Positions 38,901 to 46,900 of a stretch of DNA of 64,000 nt are shown here, in pieces. The notes beneath the pieces were generated by a model. It saw nothing but the letters and a program-made list of their open reading frames with translations. It did no database searches and had not been told where the DNA came from. Each line of letters starts with the position of its first letter. Within the stretch, counting starts at the first letter, position 1. A program made the translations under genes and the position numbers. Origin of the DNA: a virus; the IMG/VR virus record IMGVR_UViG_3300010883_028422, positions 1-64,000 of that record, one strand, 5' to 3'.

Positions 38901-39206
38901 TCAGGGTTTGTTGAGGATGAAGAGATCTCTATAATGTTCATTAGAGACCGTGTCAAGGAGATTCTGAGACAGTCCCTTCAGGGCTTTCTCGGAACTGTCG
39001 AGAACCCAAACACTCAGGGTCTCATTACTGCTCGTGTTACAAACATAATGGCAGGGTTAGTTAGCCAAGAGCTTATTACAGCTTTTGAAAATATAAGGGT
39101 AGCGCGGGACAAAGTTGACCCAAGGCAGTGGAATGTGTTTTGCAGATTCCAGCCATCATACCCGATAAACTACATCTTCGTTGATATCGAAGTTGGCGTA
39201 ATTTAA
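35937..39206 (+). CDS. Contractile tail sheath protein with large insertions
   Basis: N-terminal YTQPGVFARD. C-terminal EISIMFIRDRVKEILRQSLQGFLG...DKVDPRQWNVFCRFQPSYPINYIFVDIEV, the conserved sheath C-domain. Confidence 0.92.
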   Translation: MPNIPGISGYTQPGVFARDRVVSRGVSIPGGIRIACIMGEGIREELVVANAAGSGADGNATISPTGSGDGRYFSLASSPVISGRTELYLNGSILYGQEASTRVNGVWDSAGFSGEFDYRVDITNGAIELQGASIGDQDGAMFSASSLNIGDTIILSGTCGTSELISTVDSNAPEERWTVRCVSVARDSNGDPIAGRATFTVSGSSSGLVRDRAGSPYFWDSNAYMSAAGALSGSATPDEGVVVAQGDTTSADGSLSSADFWPDGTLVVRTIGDLLTDEFDVPGNLLAAGQAMVGDHLAVTGEDIVTISNIAYNAITDVTTITVESVVLTATGAATTWVIYATNMLVDDSTEVHNHMDGTIDGGSAGSFTSSDVGKVVLVCAGEAEGRYYISAVNSSRRARLVSFDDDSAGLPSAASGGGGTPVSGGFIAGFGATQFYLLQTNGVLLFGLQAQTIPSEVGDKFYIDIKSKTLSLGDTLETRYIYQLDLEDPEYFSSAQDLMNKHGTPSLTNTLSLGAQMAFENGAPAVLALQCRPPLPRRTSSHILEEAVDGVGGFSGGSEIDDLYFPLTRPVLGLLDGRPDTDTQVNIMIIRNGAETQTFPNKIGFYNSQYENAVGQTTFITGADTAYSYTIVNTERDVLGTGDSGAISSASSEFSSAEFDFDGEDINPGSAMIVVQSLVDITDTVLTTQADIATYLFGDATETAVLVVSSISDDNTVVVQSENGGLAILAGHEATDVQFYVYDDSTTGGGAALMLNADLVTNQILQQGDGIRVSYIDERDANFFDVNWFSALERLEAADAQMIIPLPTKNRFGIFRAAVNHCENMSTIAIQKERMALFGAQRGITAEALVGMEELAVEDIGVIEGIQGDDPEEVLDGNIEDLVNLKLSDNYTSNRAVYFFPDEIVRNVNGTNTFIDGFYMAACAAGWLSARQNVAIPLTYKKLSGFSILRDKNYTRTMQNSIGSVGGTLVTPVTGGGKILHARTTSNSGFVEDEEISIMFIRDRVKEILRQSLQGFLGTVENPNTQGLITARVTNIMAGLVSQELITAFENIRVARDKVDPRQWNVFCRFQPSYPINYIFVDIEVGVI

Positions 39207-39223
39207 TCTAGGAGAAATAAGTA

Positions 39224-39832
39224 ATGGCCGATTATCCAAAAACAGGAAGTGTTTTAGATGAAACAATAAGGACCGCCTTATCAACACAAATTATTATTAT
39301 GGTTAATAATGAGCCTGTTGGGGCGGTACAAAGTTTTCAAGAAACACAAAACAGAACACTTAAGGCAATTACAGAGGTTGGCACTGATGGTATAATTGAA
39401 TTAGTTCCATCAAGTGCAACAAGAACATCATTAACTTTAAGAAGAATTGCTTTTGATGGCCTATCTATAACTGAAGCATTTTCTCGTGGCTTTAGAAATA
39501 TACAGGCCCAAAGAATTCCGTTTGATATCGTAGTTGTAGACCAGTTTACTGGAACAGATAATGATGCTATTATAACAACTTATCATAATTGCTTTTTTGA
39601 AAGAATTGGAAAAACCTATAGTAGCGATGACTATGTTATTGTTGAAGATGCTACAGTTCAGACTGAATATATATCATCACTTCGCGGCGGCGAGGCGGTT
39701 GTGCTTACACAAGGTGTTGGCGGTGGAAGGCAGCTGGCCGGTACTCAGACGGATAATGTCGAGATATTGGCGGATAGCGGGACGCGAAGAGGCTCTTTGG
39801 ACTTCCCGGGGCTTATATCAGCGGCATTCTGA
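39224..39832 (+). CDS. Tail tube protein
   Basis: Follows the sheath. IIIMVNNEPVGAVQSF...ITEVG...LTLRRIAFD...PFDIVV...YHNCFF pattern. A strong terminator follows. Confidence 0.85.
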   Translation: MADYPKTGSVLDETIRTALSTQIIIMVNNEPVGAVQSFQETQNRTLKAITEVGTDGIIELVPSSATRTSLTLRRIAFDGLSITEAFSRGFRNIQAQRIPFDIVVVDQFTGTDNDAIITTYHNCFFERIGKTYSSDDYVIVEDATVQTEYISSLRGGEAVVLTQGVGGGRQLAGTQTDNVEILADSGTRRGSLDFPGLISAAF

Positions 39833-39877
39833 TTGATATATAATTTAACAACAAATATAATTCATTTTAAGTAAAAT

Positions 39878-39912
39878 AAAACCACCATAGCTCAAGCTAT
39901 GGTGGTTTTTTA
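39878..39912 (+). terminator. Rho-independent terminator after the tail tube gene (possibly bidirectional)
   Basis: AAAACCACCATAGC-tcaa-GCTATGGTGGTTTT, a perfect 14-bp stem with A and T runs on both flanks. Confidence 0.88.
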
Positions 39913-39937
39913 ATGCATTAAAATAATTGGAGATGGT

Positions 39938-40390
39938 ATGACTAGAAAGAAGGCTACTATAAAGTCTGACGGTGATGAGTTAGAACTTGAAAAAGAAACT
40001 GAATTGCCATTGATATCGGCACCAAACCTAAGGGACTTGATTTTTCTTGGCTCTATCGAAAAGGTTGTTGATATTGGTGGCTTTAGGTTTAAAATAAGAA
40101 CTTTAAGCGGTAGGCAGCAGAAGGCTGCGCTTGCAAAGACTATGCGGCACGATGAGGAGGAAAGACTTTCTGTCCTTAGAACCTCAATACTTGCATCAGC
40201 AATAGTTGATGTAAATGGTGTTCCGCTAGAGAATGCTTATGACGGAGATGATTTAGATACAGATTTGGACAGAAAGATGTTCGTTGTTGAAGGGCTACAA
40301 ACATCTGTTGTTGATAAATTATACTTAGCATATGATGATCTTACAAAGCAATCAAGCGCGGATGTGGAGGAAAATACGCTAAAAAAATAA
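39938..40390 (+). CDS. Tail assembly chaperone (gpG-like)
   Basis: Lies between tube and tape measure. FRFKIRTLSGRQQ and LSVLRTSILASAIVDVNGVPL pattern. Ends at an A7 slippery site. Confidence 0.8.
   Translation: MTRKKATIKSDGDELELEKETELPLISAPNLRDLIFLGSIEKVVDIGGFRFKIRTLSGRQQKAALAKTMRHDEEERLSVLRTSILASAIVDVNGVPLENAYDGDDLDTDLDRKMFVVEGLQTSVVDKLYLAYDDLTKQSSADVEENTLKK
40381..40387 (+). promoter_or_regulatory. Predicted -1 programmed ribosomal frameshift site (A AAA AAA)
   Basis: CTA AAA AAA TAA ends the chaperone. The -1 frame is open (ATA ACA TCT GAC ATA GAG TCT ATG) into ORF 40408-40830. Confidence 0.8.
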
Positions 40391-40407
40391 CATCTGACAT
40401 AGAGTCT

Positions 40408-40830
40408 ATGTTGCGTTGGGAGCTTTGTAAGGTTTGGAAGTGCAAGGTCGATGACGCAATATTTTCTGGCATTAATCAATATCAGTGGTCCTGGTATGCA
40501 AGAATGATACTTTTAGATAGGCAGAGCGAATCTGAAAGAGATATTAGCTATATAGAATATTTAGCATCATTCTCTAATTATGAAGCCGTTAAAGCAGTCC
40601 AAGACGCAAGGTCTCAGGATGAAGAGCACACCTTTGCCTCGGACCAAGAGTTCGATGAGCGGGTTAGGACTGGAGAGTTTAAGGATAACGAATATCTTGA
40701 TGCGGTCAGGATCTCTAAGGAAAATACTAATTTTAATACTAATAGTGACCAGAAAACTTCTTCATCAGACAGATTTAGGGCGCCAAGAAGTCTGGCTTCA
40801 TTAAGAAAGGTTATAGAGGACAATGAGTAA
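40408..40830 (+). CDS. Tail assembly chaperone gpT-like segment, probably expressed as a G-T fusion
   Basis: In the -1 frame relative to the upstream chaperone, with no clear RBS before ATG 40408. Its stop overlaps the tape measure start. Confidence 0.75.
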   Translation: MLRWELCKVWKCKVDDAIFSGINQYQWSWYARMILLDRQSESERDISYIEYLASFSNYEAVKAVQDARSQDEEHTFASDQEFDERVRTGEFKDNEYLDAVRISKENTNFNTNSDQKTSSSDRFRAPRSLASLRKVIEDNE

Positions 40831-42971
40831 TGGCAGCAAATAAAATTAAACAACTTATGACCCTCCTAGACTCTGATGCTGCGGGGTCCCTAGAGAAGGT
40901 TGCGGGATCCTTCGATAAGCTCACCAGAGGTCTTACGGGGTTTTCTGACGCCGCAAATGCAGGTAGTGATAATTATCAAGCATTACTAAATGGTTTAACT
41001 AAAATTGGAGCAGCGTTTGGTGAACTAGATGAGGTCACCAAAACGTTATTTGGAGGGACATCCAAACTTGCTGGTGCATTTGGGGGGCTGCTAAAGCCAC
41101 TTAAGCTTATAAGTCAGTCAGTCGGCGCTTTTGCGCAAATCCAAAGAATATTTGGCGAGATGACCGGAGCTTTAGATTCTTTATCTGCTGGAGTTAGGGA
41201 GAATTATTCTGAATTCCATGTTTTAACAAATTCATTTGGAGGGACATACAACGAGGCCAAGAGGCTTTCTGTTTTATTTACTGAAATTCAACAAAAATCT
41301 GGCTCAAAAGAATTTGGGTTTGTAAACAGGAAGGAGCTTTTGGACACCGCAAAAGCAATGGAGTCTAGCAATCTTCAGATTTCAAGAATGTCAGAAATAA
41401 TACCTTCTGCTGGGCGAAATATGGATTTGCTTACGACATCCGTATTGCAAGCAGACGCAATGAGTATGAGTATAACTGAGCATATGGGTCTTCTATCTAG
41501 TGCTATAATGAAGACAGGCTTAAGCTCAGATGAAGCGTTTAAGCAGCTTGCTGGATTTAAAGACGTTGCGGATAAGACTGGCCTTAGCACATCAACGATA
41601 GCTACAGCTCTTCAGTCTGCTGTATCTAATTTTCAACAACTTGGTTTATCAGCAGATTTTGCAAAGCCATTAATATTGGGATTTGCAGAAAGTCTTGGCG
41701 AGGTTGGGGTCGGTATAGAAAATGCCGTTGGATTGTCACAGGCGTTAGCAAAATCGCTAGGCTCTCTTGGCGAGGATTATGGCATGTCATATCTTGTTTC
41801 GCAATTAGGAGGCCTTGACTACGGGCAGGGTGGTAACGCATTATCTTCCGGAATAGGGATGCAAAAGGCAATGCTTGATGCAGAAACAACTGGTGATTTT
41901 GAATCGCTTGGCGCGGAGCTTGCCGGTGGAATGAAAACCATGCTTGAGGGCTTTGGCGGTGGTGAAATAGTTACCGTTACAGATGCAGCAAACGACCCAA
42001 CAAAAGCTTCTGCTTTTTATACGCAACAACAGCTCTTGTCGAGTCAATTCTCAATGAGTCAGTCTGAAGCAACAAGAACTTTGGAAATGCTTAAGGGTCT
42101 TGATTCTGCCGTAGCCTCTGGGGACACAGAGACTGCCAAGAAGCTAAGGGAGCAGATCGCGGATCAGAAGTCTGGTAGGAATGATACGATTTCTTTGATG
42201 GAAAAGCAGAATATTCATACGGCAGGGATATTTGCTCAAGCCCAAATGCAGACAAGAATGCAGGCGATGATGCTTAGGGATGAGGCCGGGGGCGAGATGC
42301 TCGCACAGATGAATGCAGAAGCTACCGAAATGGCTAATGAATATTTAAAGGCAACCGAGGGGGGATTGAAGCCAGAATATATAAAGAATGCTGCTGATGC
42401 TCTAAATCAGGCATTCCAGAAGAGTGATGCCTTCGCAGGCAAGGGCAAGGGTGCGGATGCAAGAGGTACATTTACTGAGACTGGAATTGAGTTAGTTGGA
42501 AGTGCTGTCGAGGAGGCTGTGCAATATAAGCCCGAAGATGTGAGAAAGGAATTCGAGGGCTTTTTTGATGATCTTAAGAAAGCAATTTGGGGCTCCGCTA
42601 CTTTAGTGGCAGGCTCTAATGTTGGCGCGGTGGTCTCCGGCAGCGGTGTGCCGATTGTTTTAGGCCCAGTTCCGGCGCCCGGCAGCGCCGGAGGAAGTGA
42701 TATACGTTTGAAAGAAGATATAACACATATTGGAGTTTCGGAGTCTGGGTTGAATATTTATACATTTAGATATATTGGAGGCGGCATACTTTATCAAGGA
42801 GTTATGGCTCAAGAGCTGCTTGTGTCAAACCCAGAGGCAGTTCTTGTTGGTGATAATGGATATTACATGGTTGACTATAGCCTTATTGATGTTGATTTCT
42901 TCCCGGTTGAAATAAATAATATTTTACTAGAAAACAATAGTACATTAGGATATACAAATGCAAGGATATAG
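40830..42971 (+). CDS. Tape measure protein with C-terminal peptidase S74-like chaperone domain
   Basis: Ala/Gly/Leu/Met-rich amphipathic helical sequence after the G/GT pair. From 42696: SDIRLKEDITHIG...NIYTFRY...YQGVMAQEL...PEAV...YYMVDYSLI. Confidence 0.82.
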   Translation: MAANKIKQLMTLLDSDAAGSLEKVAGSFDKLTRGLTGFSDAANAGSDNYQALLNGLTKIGAAFGELDEVTKTLFGGTSKLAGAFGGLLKPLKLISQSVGAFAQIQRIFGEMTGALDSLSAGVRENYSEFHVLTNSFGGTYNEAKRLSVLFTEIQQKSGSKEFGFVNRKELLDTAKAMESSNLQISRMSEIIPSAGRNMDLLTTSVLQADAMSMSITEHMGLLSSAIMKTGLSSDEAFKQLAGFKDVADKTGLSTSTIATALQSAVSNFQQLGLSADFAKPLILGFAESLGEVGVGIENAVGLSQALAKSLGSLGEDYGMSYLVSQLGGLDYGQGGNALSSGIGMQKAMLDAETTGDFESLGAELAGGMKTMLEGFGGGEIVTVTDAANDPTKASAFYTQQQLLSSQFSMSQSEATRTLEMLKGLDSAVASGDTETAKKLREQIADQKSGRNDTISLMEKQNIHTAGIFAQAQMQTRMQAMMLRDEAGGEMLAQMNAEATEMANEYLKATEGGLKPEYIKNAADALNQAFQKSDAFAGKGKGADARGTFTETGIELVGSAVEEAVQYKPEDVRKEFEGFFDDLKKAIWGSATLVAGSNVGAVVSGSGVPIVLGPVPAPGSAGGSDIRLKEDITHIGVSESGLNIYTFRYIGGGILYQGVMAQELLVSNPEAVLVGDNGYYMVDYSLIDVDFFPVEINNILLENNSTLGYTNARI

Positions 42972-43914
42972 AAAGACATTAAAGTTTTTAGTTCCAAGGA
43001 ACAAAAATGCTATTGGAAATTTCTCACTAGAAAATAGAGATATTGTTCCTATTTATATAAATCCACAGTCTATTAACATACGTGAAAGAAAGATTATAAA
43101 TAAACAACTAACCAAGGGCGGATATGTGATCCAGTATTGGGGAGAGGAGCTTCCGGTTATGTCTGTAAATGGAACAACTGGCTCCTCGGGTGTTGAGGGT
43201 ATCAACTTATTAAGAGATGTATATAGAAATGAGCAAATTGCAGTTAGAAGACAGCTTTTGGAAAAAATGGAAAATCAAACAGAGTCGATGATTGGCAATT
43301 TAACAGGACTTGCAGAGATTGGATCTAAAGCAACAAGTTTTTGGGGCGGCTTAAGCAGCGCATTTGATAATGGTGGCTTTACAGATTTGATTGGCTCACA
43401 ATGGCTTGCTGGGTCAAAAAGCGTTGTTGATTCCTGGGTTAGTGCGTTTCAAGGCACTGCTGATGATGCTGTCCAAAGAACTGTTTTGAACCCATCTCTT
43501 GGCGCATTTGCAGTAAGTATGGATGTTTATTTTCAAGCCGAAAGGTTTCGTGGATATTTTTCAAATTTTAGCTCAAGTGAAAGAGCGGGCACGCCTGGAT
43601 TATTTGAATATAATTTTGAATTTATAATAACAAAAAGAATGGGCAAGAGAAATAACTTTATGCCATGGCATAGAAGCCCCGTTGACGCAACCGGAGACCC
43701 AATACCAGCGTCAATACCTGCCGGAAAGCAGGTTGGAGGCATCGACCATGGCTTATCATATCCTCCAACATATGATTCTACTGCTATTGTCAGGTTCGAT
43801 CCAAATCCTGATAGCTTAGTGACCGAAGGTGCTTTTGCTGGAGAGTCGATACCTGATGCTGCTGAGGTTGAGGTTGCTATTGATAGACGCAGTAGTATAA
43901 CAGAAGGAGATTAA
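42958..43914 (+). CDS. Tube initiator / baseplate-tube junction protein (gp48/gp54-like)
   Basis: IYINPQSINIRERK...YVIQYWGEELPVMSVNGTTG and FRGYFSNFSSSE...FEYNFEF, a tube-like fold. Directly after the tape measure gene. Confidence 0.65.
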   Translation: MQGYRKTLKFLVPRNKNAIGNFSLENRDIVPIYINPQSINIRERKIINKQLTKGGYVIQYWGEELPVMSVNGTTGSSGVEGINLLRDVYRNEQIAVRRQLLEKMENQTESMIGNLTGLAEIGSKATSFWGGLSSAFDNGGFTDLIGSQWLAGSKSVVDSWVSAFQGTADDAVQRTVLNPSLGAFAVSMDVYFQAERFRGYFSNFSSSERAGTPGLFEYNFEFIITKRMGKRNNFMPWHRSPVDATGDPIPASIPAGKQVGGIDHGLSYPPTYDSTAIVRFDPNPDSLVTEGAFAGESIPDAAEVEVAIDRRSSITEGD

Positions 43915-43916
43915 TT

Positions 43917-46900
43917 ATGGCAATATCAGACCCTTCCGCAATGTCAGGCGGGATTGCAGACCGTCTCGCTGCAGGCTTAGAGCAGTATTCCGACTATGTT
44001 ACGTCAAATGAAGGAGAGACTAGCTATGAGGAGGTAGGGCAAGAGGTCCAAAAGATCATAAGTGAGAAGACAAATAGGGTTGATTTGGTTGAAGATGGCG
44101 TATCAACATATTTGAATCAAAATAGATCTGAATCGATTAGACCTAATACTAGAAATATAGTCAGTATGGCTCCAGAAGCTGTAATTTTAATAAAGAAAAA
44201 AGCCTTTTCTGCGTTAAAATCAACAAACGACTTACAATGGATGGATAAAACTGAAAAGTTTTTACTTAGAGCTACCAAGACGCTCTTTGCTTACAAGGTA
44301 ACTCAAATAAGAGCGTACGAGGCTTTGACCAAGCTGGATGACTATTATGAAAAGAATAGGTCTGTAAATTTATTATTATTTTCAGAGTTTCTTTTCAACA
44401 TGAAGATGCTGGCGTTACCCGAAAGTACAAATGACCAGCAGTCTAATTATCTTATTGAACAGTTTACGCTTAGGTACGGGCCATCTGAGGCTTGGAGTGC
44501 TGCTCAGCGTGATGAGTTTCAGAGAGAGATAGGCGCTATAAGTGAGAGTCAGCTTAGCCTTTCTATTGATGGGCGAATAGACCTGCTTGTATCAAATGTA
44601 AGAAGAAATATGGGCGATATAGACTATGGCGCGATGGATGTATCTGAGTTTGCGGCCATAACTAGTATATTAAAAAGAAACGCATTTGGAGCGGACTCTG
44701 GCCTCACAACATGGATTGTTGACCCAAGCAATACCGATAATTTTACTACCGGGCCTGGAACTGGAGTTATTGAGCTAACGCTTTTTAATTCATTTTCTAC
44801 AAACTGCTCAAATACGCCAACTCCAAGCCAAACTTCTTTTACAATAGAAGATCCATACAGAATTACAGACATTATAGAGGATGACATAGAGATAGCTATA
44901 AATGAGGCCCTAAGCGGCTCTATAGGGATACTCAGTGCTATGAGTGGGCAAAGCGGCGTCATGGCTAGTCAAAAGTCAAGCGTGCCCCTTATAGACGGCT
45001 CTATGATTGGCTCATCTATGCTTGAGGTTATGGGGCTCGGAAGTATGGATGACACCCTTGATATAGATTACGTGAGAGATAGGCTTAGAACTTTTTATCT
45101 AGGAAGGCCATTTATAAATGCCGCAGATAGTGTAAATATTTTTATTCGTGGTAATAGAATGACTGATGATTATTCTAATTCTGGTGCAGCGCTAAATTCA
45201 CTATCTGTTATGGATAGTTCAGAGTTTGCAGTTGACGAAGTAATGCTTAAAGCAGAAAAGAAATTATATGCAGGAAATGTGAACGAAGATGTTCTTGATT
45301 TAGATGCATATATAAGAATGAGGGACAAGTCCTCTTTGTCAATGGTGCATGTTTTTGGTGGATTTGTTACAAATACATCTTCTTCATTTAATGGAGGCAA
45401 AAACACTGTTACCGTTAATTGTGTTGACAATATGGAGTGGCTAAAGTGGTCCAGGGTGATAGGTCAGCCAGCATTAAATGATCCGCAGGGTTTGCTCGAA
45501 GATCCCGTCACTCCTTTTGATATAAAAACAGATGCTTCTGGGTCAATGGTTTTTGAAGACGCACCAGAGCTTTTATATGAAAATAAAATTTTAATTGGAA
45601 CTGGGCTTTTGACATATAATTCTGGTATTTTAAATGGGCAATTTGCATCAGAAGGAAATATAGTACAGGGTCAATATAATCTTGGCGGTTCACTTTTTGG
45701 TGCTATGAAAGTGCAGGCTCCAAGTGGATTTGTTTATAGGTGGAAGAGTGGAATAGTCACTGCAACCGCAGGTCTTACATCGAATAATCCTATGTTTAAT
45801 GACTGGAGTAATATCAGTCAATATACCGAGGGGTATGGTGTTTCGATAGGTGATGATGTATTTAATAACTTAGATACTGCAAATATATTGAGCATGTTAA
45901 TTGTTGGTCAGCCATACAATGTTGATTCGTTTATACGTCAAGCATATGAGATACAGGGTATATCTGGAACAAATGCTTCGACTCTTAGTTCTTTAGACCC
46001 GCTTTTTTCTGTTCTTAATGCGACTAGAAAGCAAAATTTAAAATTTGGAAACTTTAAGCCATACCGAGTTATAACATTAAGTGCCAGTTCCGCAGAAAGA
46101 CTTGCTTCAGATAGTGTATTAAAAACTCAAACAAATACTAAGATAGAGCAACTTCAGAAGAGAAAGGCTGAGCTTAGCAGCATGATAAGGCAGCTAAATT
46201 CAAAAAGCACTAGTGGTGCATCTAAAAGCTCCTCGATTACATCATCTTTATTTTCAGAAATAAAGTCCATTGATGCTGGAATACAAGAGCAGCTTGCAAG
46301 AGCAAATATGGATAATAACAGCTTAAATAACGCTGGATTCGATACTAGTTTTAATTTATTTGGTGAAACTCAAGATATGGCAAATTCTGGTAATTACGAA
46401 GCTGATCAGAATATATCTAGAGCAATGACGCAAGTCGGCGCACAAAGAAGGGTTGATGACGTTAGGATGAATAATGATCAAAATCTTTTTATGATATCTG
46501 ATCAATATGATAGCAACACCGAGATAAAGCAGTATATTTTTCAGCTAAAAAAGGGCGGTTGGAATTTATTTAGTGGACAATTCTATACCTCATATGAGAA
46601 GTGTGTAGAGGCATCGGCTATAATTGATTTAGAATTCTTTTGTAATACAGCTGGGCATTTGGAACTCAGACCTCCACAGTGGAATAGAACCCCGCTTAGT
46701 GTGTTAAAAGATTATCTTGAATTATCAAAATCAGAAAATAAAAATATTATTCCTGAGTTTTTACAAAATTTATTTCAAACCAGAATACAATCTTTGAGAA
46801 GAGAGGTTCATGGTTTAAATGTAAAAATTGCGCTAACATCATTGTTGCTGGGCTTTTTCCCAGATAAATCAATAATTCCTGGTGTACCAATTAGTGGTCC

